The translations under genes were made by a program, and so were the position numbers. This document shows, piece after piece, positions 51,112 through 63,028 of a stretch of 64,000 nucleotides of DNA; the stretch's first letter is position 1; the number at the start of each line of letters is the position of its first letter. Source of the DNA: Gemmatimonadaceae bacterium (lineage in GTDB: Bacteria; Gemmatimonadota; Gemmatimonadetes; Gemmatimonadales; Gemmatimonadaceae); NCBI GenBank assembly GCA_051859245.1, contig JBHYGA010000001.1, forward strand, positions 928,001 through 992,000. Direction: 5' to 3'. The notes beneath the pieces were generated by a model that searched no databases, was not told where the DNA came from, and worked only from the letters and a program-made list of their open reading frames with translations.

Positions 51112-52503
51112 ATGCCAAAATTTTCTACATCCCGCGACGTGATCGCACCACGCAGCGCTCGCGCGTTTCGCCGAGGATTGGTGGCTGCGCTCGCCAGCGC
51201 ATTCGTTGGAGCCAGCTGTAGTCCGTCTGAATTCCTTGTCATCGAGGATCCAGACGTCATCAATCCCAGCAACGTCAGCAGTCCGGCAGGCGCCGAAGCG
51301 GTGCGCGTTGGTGCGCTCGCCCGATTTAATGTTGCCACCAGCGGCGGCGAAAGCCTGTTCATCCTCGGCGGTTTGTTCGCCGACGAGTGGAACAACGGCG
51401 ATTCGTTCATCGCCCGTCAGGAAATCGATCAACGCACGATCACGCCACAGAACAATTTCCTGACCGATGCCAATCGCGCATTGCATCGCGCACGGTTGTC
51501 TGGTGAGCAAGCGGTCGCGCTGCTCACCGAGTTCGCGCCCAACGCGCCCCGCTGGCAGATCGCGGAGATGTACTTCGTGCAGGCGTACCTCGAGAATCTC
51601 GCCTCGGAGCACTACTGCAATGGTCTGATTTTCAGCACGGTTATCGATGGCAACGAGTTCTACGGGTCGCCGCTCACCAACGAGGCGGCCTTCACGCGTG
51701 CTCTCGCGCATGCCGACTCAGGGCTCGCGCTGATCACCGGAACAACGGCAAACGACGTGCGTGTACGCAGCGCGTTGCAGACCACTCGAGGTCGTATCTT
51801 GCTGAATCTCAACCGTCCGGCTGATGCGCTCGCGGCTGTGACAAACGTGGCCACCAGTTTCCAATACTTGCAGTTGCACGCCATCACCACCAGCAGTAAC
51901 CAGTTCTGGAACCTGAACAATCTTGCAGGTCGCTATAGCGTGAGTACCGGTGAAGGAACCAATGGGTTGAACTACGCCACGGCGAATGATCCGCGCGTGC
52001 CGGTGTGTACCGGAGGTGATGTCGCCTGTCGTGCTATTGGCGTCACACGCGCTGTACGTGATGATCTGACGAGTCCCTATTTTGTGCAGCGCATCTGGCC
52101 GGCCCGTGAGACCTCAGTTGCCATTACATCGGGTCTTGAAGCGCGCCTCATTGAAGCCGAAGGTCGCCTTCGCGGTGGCAATGCCGCCGGCGCCCTTACC
52201 GCGCTGAACGCGGTTCGTGCCACGTTCACTGGATTGGCGACGCTCACCGATGCGGGCACGGATGCAGCGCGTGTGGATCAGCTCTTTCGCGAGCGTGCGT
52301 TTACGATGTTTGGCCGAGGAACGCGCACCGGTGACATGCGTCGATTGATTCGCCAGTACGGCCGTAACGCCAGCACCGTGTTCCCAACCGGTACGTGGCA
52401 TAAGGGAGGTCAGTATGGATCGGATGTGAACATTATCCTTCCTCTCGCGGAAGAAAACAACCCGGTGCAAGGGGCGGGCGTCTGTCTCGACCGCAATCCC
52501 TGA
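51112..52503 (+). CDS. SusD/RagB-like outer membrane lipoprotein
   Basis: Lipobox GASC, EARLIEAE, LNAVR, ERA...F..G.R.GD.RR and LP..E..NP; directly after susC. Confidence 0.88.
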   Translation: MPKFSTSRDVIAPRSARAFRRGLVAALASAFVGASCSPSEFLVIEDPDVINPSNVSSPAGAEAVRVGALARFNVATSGGESLFILGGLFADEWNNGDSFIARQEIDQRTITPQNNFLTDANRALHRARLSGEQAVALLTEFAPNAPRWQIAEMYFVQAYLENLASEHYCNGLIFSTVIDGNEFYGSPLTNEAAFTRALAHADSGLALITGTTANDVRVRSALQTTRGRILLNLNRPADALAAVTNVATSFQYLQLHAITTSSNQFWNLNNLAGRYSVSTGEGTNGLNYATANDPRVPVCTGGDVACRAIGVTRAVRDDLTSPYFVQRIWPARETSVAITSGLEARLIEAEGRLRGGNAAGALTALNAVRATFTGLATLTDAGTDAARVDQLFRERAFTMFGRGTRTGDMRRLIRQYGRNASTVFPTGTWHKGGQYGSDVNIILPLAEENNPVQGAGVCLDRNP

Positions 52504-52527
52504 TTCATGCGCTAGTTGCTGATGTAT

Positions 52528-52571
52528 CACTGCCGCCAGCGATCAAAGAGTCGTTGGCGGCAGTGTTTTTT
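52528..52571 (+). terminator. Intrinsic terminator after susD
   Basis: cactgccgccagcga ... tcgttggcggcagtg stem followed by TTTTTT. Confidence 0.85.
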
Positions 52572-52635
52572 GCACGGCGAGGGTGCTTCGCCCAGCCTGC
52601 ACCCGCAACACAACATTCAGTCAGAGAATGGTTCG

Positions 52636-54765
52636 ATGCGATCCCTGGGATTGAACTTGCTTATGCTCACGCTCGTGTCCGCGCCCGTCAACGCGCAGGC
52701 GCCGTACGCAGACCGCGTGGAGATTCGACGTACCGCGCTCGGCGTCCCGCACATTGAGGCCGACGATATGGGCGCCTTCGGCTACGCCATGGCGTGGGTC
52801 CAGCTTGAGGACTACGGCGCGCGCGTGTCACACGGGTTGATTCGTGCACGCGGGCATCTTGGTCGGGTGTTCGGGCGCGACTCCATGGAGCGCGACTTCA
52901 GTGCCCGACTCATGCACGCGCGCGCGGCGGATACGTGGCTGCAGTTACAGCCAGAAACTCGCGAAGTGTACGAAGGATTCGCGCAGGGCGTGAATGACTA
53001 TGTGCGCCAGCATCCTGACGACGTGCCGGCGTGGACGCCAACCAACTTCACGGGCGTTGATGTCGCTGCGCTTTGGATGGAAGCTCCGCTTCTTGAACTT
53101 TCACCAAGCTTCGCGGCCCGCGCGCAGCGCCTGCGTGAGCGAGCCGAGCGTGATTCGCTCCAGCGAGAGGGCGAAGGCTCCAACGCGTGGGCGTTCGCGC
53201 CATCACGTACCCGGTCGGGGCGCGCGATTCTGCTTCGCAATCCACACCTGGATTGGAGTGCGGGCTACTACGAAGCCCATGTGACGGTGCGCGGTGTCAT
53301 GGATTTCTACGGAGACTTTCGTGTTGGCAACCCGGCGCTCCTGGTAGGAGGATTTAATCAGTTCCTCGGCTTCGCCACCACGAACAACAACACCGACAAC
53401 GAAGCGATATATGCGCTCGCTGTGGATAGCGCACGCACTGACCACTACCTGCTTGATGGTCAGAGTCATCCGTTGCAACGCATTGATATTGTAGCCGAGT
53501 ATCGGAACGGAAACGGCCTGTCGTCCGTGATTCGCACAATCTGGCGCACGCATATGGGTCCGGTTGTCGAGCGTGCCGATGGCAAGGTCTACATCGCGCG
53601 ATGGCCGGCGGAGGGCGAGTTTCGAAAAGGTGAGCAGTTCCTGCGCATGATGCGCGCGCGCAATCTTGAGGAATGGAAGGACGCCATGCGGCTGCGGGCA
53701 CACACCACGTCAAACCTGACGTACGCCGATACGAAGGGAAACATTTTCTACGTGTGGAATGCAACCGTTCCGAGCCTGCCGCACGCGTCAGGTGCCGACT
53801 CCATGGCCATCCCGGCGCGCACCAGCAACGATATGTGGCGCGATCTGGTGCCCTTTGACTCGCTGCCGCAGCTCCTCAACCCGCCGGGCGGCTACATCCA
53901 GCAGTCGAACGATCCGTTTCACTATACGAATCTCAACGCGATCATCGACTCATTGCGCTTCCCGTCAAACTTCTCGAGGCCGGCGATGGGATTCCGGACA
54001 CAGCTCGGCGTGCGTCTGGCAACGCAGCAGCGCAAGATGACGCTGGAAGATGTGGTGCGTCTCAAGCATTCGTATCGCATGCTGGCGGGCGAACGATTCG
54101 CCGACGATTTGCTCGCAGCGGTGCGTGCGACGCCGATGTCGCCCGCTGTCAGCGCCGCCGCCGACATGCTTGCGAAATGGGATCACACCACCGCGCACGA
54201 TTCTCGCGGTGGCGTTCTGTTCGAGGTGTGGTACAACAGACATCTCGCCGGTGGCGAAGCAATGCGCGGTGTGCCGGCATCGGAGCGCATGCGTCGCGTT
54301 TTTTCTGATCGTTGGGATCCCGCGCGTCCAACGATGACACCGGACGGGCTCGCTGATCCCGTGCGAGCAGCTGCGGACTTCGTATGGGCCGTGGACGAAG
54401 TCACGCGACGCTACGGTCGCGCGGACGTGGCGTGGGGCGACGTACATCGCGTGCGCCGCGGGAATGTGGATGAACCGGTTGGTGGTTGCACCGGAGCGCT
54501 CGGCTGCTTTCGTGTGGTGCAATACTCCGATGCGGCCGATGGCAAGCGGGTCGCGCGGGGCGGTGATGGCTGGGTGCTCGCCGTGGAGTTTGCACCGGTT
54601 CCACGTGCATATTCGGTGCTCGCGTATGGACAGAGTTCACGCCCGGAGTCGCCGTATCATGCATCGCAGGCGGCGATGTTTGCGCGCGGCGATATGAAGC
54701 CCGTCGCGTATACCAGGGCCGACGTTGAGACGGCGACGGTACGTCGGTATCGGCCCCGTCGCTGA
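52636..54765 (+). CDS. Penicillin acylase / Ntn-hydrolase family (S45) protein
   Basis: Signal peptide, RRTALGVPHI, beta-subunit start GSNAW, NPHL, YAD..GNI and NP..GY.Q..N. Confidence 0.9.
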   Translation: MRSLGLNLLMLTLVSAPVNAQAPYADRVEIRRTALGVPHIEADDMGAFGYAMAWVQLEDYGARVSHGLIRARGHLGRVFGRDSMERDFSARLMHARAADTWLQLQPETREVYEGFAQGVNDYVRQHPDDVPAWTPTNFTGVDVAALWMEAPLLELSPSFAARAQRLRERAERDSLQREGEGSNAWAFAPSRTRSGRAILLRNPHLDWSAGYYEAHVTVRGVMDFYGDFRVGNPALLVGGFNQFLGFATTNNNTDNEAIYALAVDSARTDHYLLDGQSHPLQRIDIVAEYRNGNGLSSVIRTIWRTHMGPVVERADGKVYIARWPAEGEFRKGEQFLRMMRARNLEEWKDAMRLRAHTTSNLTYADTKGNIFYVWNATVPSLPHASGADSMAIPARTSNDMWRDLVPFDSLPQLLNPPGGYIQQSNDPFHYTNLNAIIDSLRFPSNFSRPAMGFRTQLGVRLATQQRKMTLEDVVRLKHSYRMLAGERFADDLLAAVRATPMSPAVSAAADMLAKWDHTTAHDSRGGVLFEVWYNRHLAGGEAMRGVPASERMRRVFSDRWDPARPTMTPDGLADPVRAAADFVWAVDEVTRRYGRADVAWGDVHRVRRGNVDEPVGGCTGALGCFRVVQYSDAADGKRVARGGDGWVLAVEFAPVPRAYSVLAYGQSSRPESPYHASQAAMFARGDMKPVAYTRADVETATVRRYRPRR

Positions 54766-54835
54766 GGCGCGGGGCGTGTGAGGAGTGCTTGCGGTTCTGC
54801 AAGCCGCCGTGACGGCGTGGTGAACGCGGTTGCAG

Positions 54836-56068
54836 TTAACCCACAGCTGCGATCCGCTCCCACTCCACACGAATACTCCGGGCCCCCGCGGCTGGCCCCT
54901 CGGGATGCCCGAACACACCGCGACCGGGAACAAACCCAAAGTCTACCGTGCCGAGTGATCGGTACACGCCCTCGAGCGTGGCTGCGGAATCACTGCCGCC
55001 GGGTACGGGCAGTGATGGCCGAATGTCGCCCATGTCGTCTAGGCACGCGCGCACATTCGCCAAGACCTCGGCAGCGGGTGTCATCATGCGTTTGCCAAAG
55101 CCAGGCATGATGATCGCGTCGCACCCGGCGAGCCGTTGCAGTCGCGTGAAGACCACAGAACTCACACCGTAGTGCGGCAGTCTCCCGAGGCCCGCGATCA
55201 TGGGAAAGTGCGAAACGATCGGCACGCGAGCATGTGCGCGGAGCAGGCGAATGCCGCTGAGCCCAACAGGCAGCGCATTCACCATGACTGCGCCCGCCCC
55301 ATTCGCTACGACTGTGTCATGCAGTGGTATGAGTCGGTCCACTTCGTCGGTGATGTTGGCCAGGTACATCGAGCGTGCACCGGTCACCGAGGCCGCACGC
55401 CGACACGCGTCGCCCAGCGCCGCACTGCGCTCAGCGATCGGCGACCACGGCGCATCGGCCAGCATTTCGTCGTCCTTCGCAATGTCGAGACCGCCGCACC
55501 ATCCCTCGTACGCTAACACCGCAAACTCTCGTGCTGGCACACCGATGTTTGGCTTGATCACACCAAAAAAGATCGGGCGATCGAATGCCTGCAGTTGTTC
55601 ACGGAATCCGTGTACACCAAACTGCGGACCTGAAAACGCGCGAAGAAACGCACCGGGAAACTGAATGTCGTGCAGTCGCACGATTGGTATGCCGGGCGAG
55701 AAAAACATTCCCTCGCCGGCAATCGCCGACAACAGATTCGGTAGACGCGGCCCAAAGTTGCCGTGTGGGTGTGCAATGCGTACGCGGCAACGATGTACCT
55801 CGCCCGCTGGCGCCGACGGTACATCGTAGCTGAAACCGTGTGGCGAATGCTCGGCCTCAAGCTCCAGCACACGCGCCGCAAACTCCGGTCGAAAATCTTC
55901 GGTTACACCAACGCGCTTCCATTGCGCGGTGCTTTGTTCGCTGCAGAAATGCGCCGCGGCCAGACGTGGGTCACCTACGCACTCAAAGCTGTAATCGAGC
56001 TCGAGGTAGCGTTCCATATCAAGATCACCACGATTCGCGTAAAACCCGTTGGCGTCGTCGTGTGTCAT
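54836..56068 (-). CDS. RubisCO-like protein (form IV RLP)
   Basis: GPQFG, KPNIG, carbamylation motif DIAKDDE, YLANIT, RLAG.D, PGG and FGHP.GP.AGA; N-terminal CSEQSTAQWKRVG recalls the Chlorobium (IV-Photo) RLP, from memory. Confidence 0.93.
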   Translation of the reverse strand: MTHDDANGFYANRGDLDMERYLELDYSFECVGDPRLAAAHFCSEQSTAQWKRVGVTEDFRPEFAARVLELEAEHSPHGFSYDVPSAPAGEVHRCRVRIAHPHGNFGPRLPNLLSAIAGEGMFFSPGIPIVRLHDIQFPGAFLRAFSGPQFGVHGFREQLQAFDRPIFFGVIKPNIGVPAREFAVLAYEGWCGGLDIAKDDEMLADAPWSPIAERSAALGDACRRAASVTGARSMYLANITDEVDRLIPLHDTVVANGAGAVMVNALPVGLSGIRLLRAHARVPIVSHFPMIAGLGRLPHYGVSSVVFTRLQRLAGCDAIIMPGFGKRMMTPAAEVLANVRACLDDMGDIRPSLPVPGGSDSAATLEGVYRSLGTVDFGFVPGRGVFGHPEGPAAGARSIRVEWERIAAVG

Positions 56069-56125
56069 GGCGTGGCTCGCTTCGCCGCAGCGGGAGCGCG
56101 AACGGCAACTTCGCTCGGCATTCCG

Positions 56126-56554
56126 TCAGTCGGCACTGAGCAGTTGCAACTCAACCTGCCGCGCCGCGCGTGGTCCGTCGAGTTCAACAAAGAACAGTGA
56201 TTGCCAAGTGCCGAGCATTAACTCGCCATCCACCACCGGAATCGTTTCCGACGCATTCACGAGCAGGCTGAGCAAATGTGCGTGCGCATTGTCGCGATTG
56301 TCTACCGTGTGCTCGTTGTGCGAGTACGCAGCGTTCGCTGGTGCCAAGCGCTCAAGGAACGCCACCATGTCGCGCTGAAGCGCCGGGTCGCGCTCGTTGA
56401 GTGTGAGGCGCGCCGTGGTGTGTAACGAGATGGCCGACAGCAGCCCATTGCGTACACCGGTCTGCGAAAGCCATTCGCGTAGTCGGGACGTCACGTCGAC
56501 GAACTGAATCGGCGCCGAGGTGGCGAACTCGATGCGATGTCGCAGCAGTTTCAC
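56126..56554 (-). CDS. yjbQ: YjbQ-family (UPF0047) protein
   Basis: HTTA.LTLNE, YSH, NAHAHL and LGTWQSLFFVELDGP. Confidence 0.9.
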   Translation of the reverse strand: MKLLRHRIEFATSAPIQFVDVTSRLREWLSQTGVRNGLLSAISLHTTARLTLNERDPALQRDMVAFLERLAPANAAYSHNEHTVDNRDNAHAHLLSLLVNASETIPVVDGELMLGTWQSLFFVELDGPRAARQVELQLLSAD

Positions 56555-56587
56555 AGAGTGAACAGGCGGGAAGGGAACAGTGAGTCA

Positions 56588-56669
56588 TGCGCTCGCCCGG
56601 ACTCGAACCGGGACAGGTTGCCCTACAAGCTCCTAAGGCTTGCGCGTCTACCAATTTCGCCACGAGCGC
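56588..56669 (-). tRNA. tRNA-Leu (anticodon TAG); CCA not encoded
   Basis: GCGCTCGTGGCGAAATTGGTAGACGCGCAAGCCTTAGGAGCTTGTAGGGCAACCTGTCCCGGTTCGAGTCCGGGCGAGCGCA: acceptor stem, D-loop GGTA, CAAGC/GCTTG anticodon stem, long variable arm and GGTTCGAG T-loop. Confidence 0.96.
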
Positions 56670-56698
56670 TCACGACCAGCGAATAAGATAATGCAATT

Positions 56699-56735
56699 GA
56701 AAACGCGGGCCAGATCGTTTGATCAAGCCCGCGTT
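56699..56735 (-). terminator. Probable terminator after the DegP-like gene
   Basis: aacgcgggc ... gcccgcgtt stem with an inner gatc/gatc pair; short U-tract on the minus strand. Confidence 0.55.
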
Positions 56736-56761
56736 CACAACGGCACACGTGCGACTGTTGC

Positions 56762-58321
56762 TTACTTCGGCACTTGCAACGTGACCGACGATGTCTGCGT
56801 GCCGTTCGCGAAACGACTCAGAACGCGCAGTCCCACGTAATCACCAGGCTGCAGGCCGTCCACCACCGCGCGCAAGTCAGCTACCGACTTGACCGGCCGA
56901 CGCTCGCCCGGATACGTCACTTCGAGAATGATGTCGCGACCCGCCACCAGCTTGCCGTACGCCGCACCGTCGGACGCCACGTCCGTCACACGCAGACCGC
57001 CCTTCTCGGGCAGATTCATCGTGGCGCTCGCCTCGGGTGTGAGCGATTCAACCGTGATGCCAAGCTTGCTTGCCGGCAGACGTGTCGGCGATGGTGGCTC
57101 GGCGTTTGGCGTGGTCGGGGTCACGCCGCGATTGGCGATGAGCGAAGGAACCGACTCGGCGCCCTGCAACGTCACCTTGAACGTACGCTTCTTGCCAAAG
57201 CGATAACCAACCACTTCGATCGTTTGGCCAACGTCGTTGCTGCGCACCGTACGCTGCAACGCGCTCACACGATCCACATCCTTGCCCGCCACGCTCACAA
57301 TCACGTCGCCCGATTCAATTCCCGCCTTCATGGCCGGACCATTGTCCGTGACCGTCTGCACCTTCACACCGGCAATGCGCGAGAGACCCGCGAGACCCGC
57401 ATCTTCCGGATCCACCTCGGTCACCGTGATGCCGATAACTGGCAGGCGCACCTTGCCGTCGCGAATCAGATCTTCCATCACGGCTTTCGCGAGCGTGATG
57501 GGAATCGCGAAGCCGTAGCCCGAGTAGAAGCCGGTCTGACTGGCGATCGCGCTGTTCACGCCGATCACTTCGCCGCGGAGATTGATGAGCGGACCACCCG
57601 AGTTTCCGGGATTGATCGCCGCGTCCGTCTGAATGAAGTCGTTGATCGCCAGGCCACCGCTGTTGGGAAGGCTCACTTCGCTGCCACGATTCTTTGACGA
57701 CACGATACCGGCCGTGACAGTGAAGTCGAGACCAAGCGGATTGCCCACCGCCACGACCCAGTCACCGATGCGCAGCTTTTCATCATCGCCGAGCGGAATG
57801 CTGGGGAATCGCGCTCCATCAATCTTGATCACCGCGATGTCGGTCGTGGAATCGGTGCCAATAATGCGCGCCCGGAATCGACGGCGATCCGACAACGTCA
57901 CATCCAGAACCGTGGCTCCGGCCACGACGTGGTTGTTGGTGATGATGTAACCGTCTGGATTCACAATGAAGCCGGAGCCGTCACCCGTTTGCTCGCGTGG
58001 CTGCTGGCGTTCGAACTGCTCGAGAAACTCTTCCATGCCGGGTGGCACGTTGCGGTTCGATGTACGCGGACGCGCCGCCCGTGTTGCACGAATCGACACA
58101 ACGGCGGGCGTGACACGCTCGGCGACGTCAGCAATCGAGCCGGTGCCTTCTGGTACGACGCCGTTCACTGGCGTGAGCGCGACGGCATTCGCAGACGTGC
58201 CGGTCTGCGCCCAACCAAAGCGCGTAAGATCCATGCCGGAAGCGAACACAACGCCACCAACAAACGCCGCCGTGACTGCTACGGAGAGACGAACTCGACG
58301 TGAAGTGCTGGATGCTGCCAT
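56762..58321 (-). CDS. degP: Do/DegQ-family serine endoprotease with two PDZ domains
   Basis: GSGFI, TNNHV, DIAV, IQTDAAINPGNSGGPL and two PDZ repeats. Confidence 0.92.
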   Translation of the reverse strand: MAASSTSRRVRLSVAVTAAFVGGVVFASGMDLTRFGWAQTGTSANAVALTPVNGVVPEGTGSIADVAERVTPAVVSIRATRAARPRTSNRNVPPGMEEFLEQFERQQPREQTGDGSGFIVNPDGYIITNNHVVAGATVLDVTLSDRRRFRARIIGTDSTTDIAVIKIDGARFPSIPLGDDEKLRIGDWVVAVGNPLGLDFTVTAGIVSSKNRGSEVSLPNSGGLAINDFIQTDAAINPGNSGGPLINLRGEVIGVNSAIASQTGFYSGYGFAIPITLAKAVMEDLIRDGKVRLPVIGITVTEVDPEDAGLAGLSRIAGVKVQTVTDNGPAMKAGIESGDVIVSVAGKDVDRVSALQRTVRSNDVGQTIEVVGYRFGKKRTFKVTLQGAESVPSLIANRGVTPTTPNAEPPSPTRLPASKLGITVESLTPEASATMNLPEKGGLRVTDVASDGAAYGKLVAGRDIILEVTYPGERRPVKSVADLRAVVDGLQPGDYVGLRVLSRFANGTQTSSVTLQVPK

Positions 58322-58377
58322 GGGATTCGTCCTTGTTGCTACGGAAAAGGTTTGCGACCTGCTTGTATGTTAAGACA

Positions 58378-58414
58378 CCAAAACGCCCGCCGCTGTTTCC
58401 AGCGGCGGGCGTTT
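58378..58414 (-). terminator. Intrinsic terminator after dnaK
   Basis: 15-bp perfect stem aaacgcccgccgctg-tttc-cagcggcgggcgttt (GAAA loop on the minus strand) ending in U residues. Confidence 0.88.
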
Positions 58415-58431
58415 CGTGTACCGCTGGACGA

Positions 58432-60366
<1,935 letters not shown>

Positions 60367-60431
60367 TGCTGCCTCTGGTAGAAATGGGTCAGGGCGCGCC
60401 CGCATGGCGGCGCCAACTCATCCTACGAAGT

Positions 60432-60447
60432 AGCAAGAGGCGAGCCG
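60432..60447 (-). promoter_or_regulatory. Candidate sigma-54 promoter of dnaK
   Basis: Minus strand CGGCTCGCCTCTTGCT, i.e. GG-N10-GC with TTGC at -12. Confidence 0.5.
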
Positions 60448-60487
60448 CGGCGGGTGTGCCTCTCAGGCTGGCAATGGTGCCAAAATG

Positions 60488-61210
60488 TCAGGTCGTGCCT
60501 GCCTCTGGCTCCTCGGCTTCGGTCTGCTCGGCGTCTTCCGCCTTGCGATTGTCCGAGGCCCGGTGCTTGATCGACCGGCCTTCCACCAGATACACCACGT
60601 CTTCGGAGACATTGGTGGCCAGATCGGCAATGCGTTCGAGGTTGCCGGACACGAGCAGCAGGTCCATACCCGCGCCGATGCGGCGGGGGTCTTCCATCAT
60701 GTGCGTGAGCAGAATGCGGAAGTTGTTGGCGTGCAACTCGTCAACGCGATCGTCGCGCTTGATGACCGTGCGGGCCATGGCCGCATCGCCGCGGATAAAC
60801 GAATCGAGCGCCACCGACAGCATGTTCGTGGAGATGCGCGCCATCTCTTCGATTTCGGGGAGCACAGGAAAGTGCGCGCCCTGCACCATGTAGATCACCG
60901 TTTCGGCGATGTTCACCGCGTGGTCGCCAACGCGCTCCAGATCGTTCGCGATCTTCATCGCGATGGTGATCAGTCGCAGGTCGCGCGCCATCGGCTGCTG
61001 CAGTGCCAGCAGGTTCACGGCAAGGTCGTCGATCTCCATTTCGGCCGCGTCAATGCCGCCGTCCTGATCAATGACTTCGTACGCGAGATCCTTGCTGCGC
61101 GTGGTGAGCGCGGTCACGGCCGTCTTGACCGCCGTTTCCGCCAGTCCAGCCATCCGAATGAGCGAACCGTTCAGCTTGTCCAGATCATCCTGAAAATGAC
61201 GGTGACTCAC
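60488..61210 (-). CDS. phoU: Phosphate signalling protein PhoU
   Basis: [22 protein letters not shown] and LERIAD.ATN..E. Confidence 0.96.
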   Translation of the reverse strand: MSHRHFQDDLDKLNGSLIRMAGLAETAVKTAVTALTTRSKDLAYEVIDQDGGIDAAEMEIDDLAVNLLALQQPMARDLRLITIAMKIANDLERVGDHAVNIAETVIYMVQGAHFPVLPEIEEMARISTNMLSVALDSFIRGDAAMARTVIKRDDRVDELHANNFRILLTHMMEDPRRIGAGMDLLLVSGNLERIADLATNVSEDVVYLVEGRSIKHRASDNRKAEDAEQTEAEEPEAGTT

Positions 61211-61983
61211 CCGAATCTCCCTGTGATATAGGACTCCGTCCGCTCTTCACGCGGATTGGTGAAAAGCTCGTTCGTGGGACCATACTCAACCACTTCGCCC
61301 ATGTACAGGAACGCTGTGTGGTCGGACACGCGTGCGGCTTGCTGCATGCTGTGCGTGACGATGACCACCGTGTAGTCCTGCTTCAGATCGTAGATCAGAT
61401 CTTCGATCTTCTGCGTGGCAATCGGATCGAGCGCTGAGGCCGGTTCGTCCATGAGGAGGACTTCCGGTTCCACCGCCAGCGCGCGCGCGATGCACAGTCG
61501 CTGCTGCTGACCACCGGAGAGCGCCAGCGCGTTGGAGTTGAGCCGGTCCTTGACCTCTTCCCACAACGCGGCCTGCCGAAGCGAGCGCTCGACGAGCTCA
61601 CTGAAATCGCCCTTGTAGCCGTTGATCTTTGGCCCAAACACCACGTTGTCGTAGATCGACTTCGGAAACGGGTTCGGCTTCTGAAACACCATGCCGATGC
61701 GGCGACGCACGTCGACGGCATCAACCCCGGTGCCATACAGGTTGCGTCCCTGAAAGAGCGCTTCGCCTTCGATCTTCACACCGGGAATCAGATCGTTCAT
61801 GCGGTTGAAACAACGCAGCAACGTGCTCTTGCCGCAGCCGCTTGGGCCGATGAACGACACCACCTGGCGATCAGGAATCTTCAGGGACACGTATTTCAAC
61901 GCGCGCGTTTCGCCGTAGAGAACCGACAATTCTCGCGCTTCCAGTTCGACCGGCCCCGCAGGGTTCCGAATCGCTTCACTCAT
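61207..61983 (-). CDS. pstB: Phosphate ABC transporter ATPase
   Basis: [30 protein letters not shown] and YITGRFG. Confidence 0.97.
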   Translation of the reverse strand: MSEAIRNPAGPVELEARELSVLYGETRALKYVSLKIPDRQVVSFIGPSGCGKSTLLRCFNRMNDLIPGVKIEGEALFQGRNLYGTGVDAVDVRRRIGMVFQKPNPFPKSIYDNVVFGPKINGYKGDFSELVERSLRQAALWEEVKDRLNSNALALSGGQQQRLCIARALAVEPEVLLMDEPASALDPIATQKIEDLIYDLKQDYTVVIVTHSMQQAARVSDHTAFLYMGEVVEYGPTNELFTNPREERTESYITGRFG

Positions 61984-61987
61984 GCAG

Positions 61988-63028
61988 TCAACTCCGCCGC
62001 GTGTACTTGTTGCGCAGCCAGATGGCAATTGCGCTCATGCTCAGCAACAACGCCAACAAGACAATGCTGGCCGCTGCTGCCACTTCGTGAAACGCCGTCT
62101 GCGGTCGTGATACCCAGTTGAAAATCTGGAAGGGCAGCACGGTGTACTGATCCGACGGGTTCGTGGGAATGAACGCCACAAATCCAAGCGCGCCCACAAG
62201 AATCACCGGTGCCGCTTCACCAATCGCGCGTGAAAGCGCGAGAATCGTTCCCGTCATAATGCCAGGAAGCGCGACCGGAAGAATCTGATGTCTGATTGTT
62301 TCCCAGCGTGTTGCGCCGAGCGCGTACGCACCGAGTCTGATCGTGCGCGGTACCGCTTTGATGGCTTCCTGCGACGCGATAATGATCACCGGAAGAATCA
62401 GCAGCGCCAATGTGAGCGCGGCGGCCATCAGGCTGCGTCCCAGAGACATCACGCGCACGAACAGGGCAAGCCCAAGAATGCCGTACACGATCGACGGTAC
62501 GCCGGCCAGATTCGCAATGTTCATTTCAATCAAGCGACGCCACCGATTGTTGGGCGCGTATTCTTCAAGCCAGATGGCGGTACCAACGCCGAGCGGAAAC
62601 GCGAACAGCGTGGTCAGAAAGAGTACCCACGCGGAGCCCGCCAGCGCCGGACCGATGCCGGCCCGATCAGCAAATCGCGACGGGAAGCCGGTGATCATCG
62701 ACCAGCTCAGGCGACTCGCGCCATCACGAAAGATATCGATGAGCAGCGCCGCCAGAACGACCACGCCGATCAGCGTGGCCACAAGACACAACGCCGCGAA
62801 TGCGCTCGCAATGAAGCGGCGCTGCGAAACGCGCGGAGCAAACCGCGACGGATCACGTTGGGCTGCGGGATGTGGCGCTGTCGCGGTGTCATCCGAGCGT
62901 GCACTGCCATTCGACGTCTGCCGCAATCCCGAGAACGTCGGACGCACAAACTGCGTGGCCGGTCGGCCGTTGGCACGCGTTGTCGTCGTGGGAGGAACGG
63001 CGACGGCGTCCTTTACGGGCTCGGTCAT
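61988..63028 (-). CDS. pstA: Phosphate ABC transporter permease
   Basis: [21 protein letters not shown] and SRAIGEAAP. Confidence 0.95.
   Translation of the reverse strand: MTEPVKDAVAVPPTTTTRANGRPATQFVRPTFSGLRQTSNGSARSDDTATAPHPAAQRDPSRFAPRVSQRRFIASAFAALCLVATLIGVVVLAALLIDIFRDGASRLSWSMITGFPSRFADRAGIGPALAGSAWVLFLTTLFAFPLGVGTAIWLEEYAPNNRWRRLIEMNIANLAGVPSIVYGILGLALFVRVMSLGRSLMAAALTLALLILPVIIIASQEAIKAVPRTIRLGAYALGATRWETIRHQILPVALPGIMTGTILALSRAIGEAAPVILVGALGFVAFIPTNPSDQYTVLPFQIFNWVSRPQTAFHEVAAAASIVLLALLLSMSAIAIWLRNKYTRRS

Noticed and set aside
54836..56068. Carbon-fixing RubisCO / Calvin cycle
   Set aside because: The sequence has form IV features (KPNIG, KDDEM) and there is no rbcS, prk or cbb context.
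54766..56600. Integrative element at tRNA-Leu
   Set aside because: No integrase, and I noticed no duplicate of the tRNA 3' end downstream.
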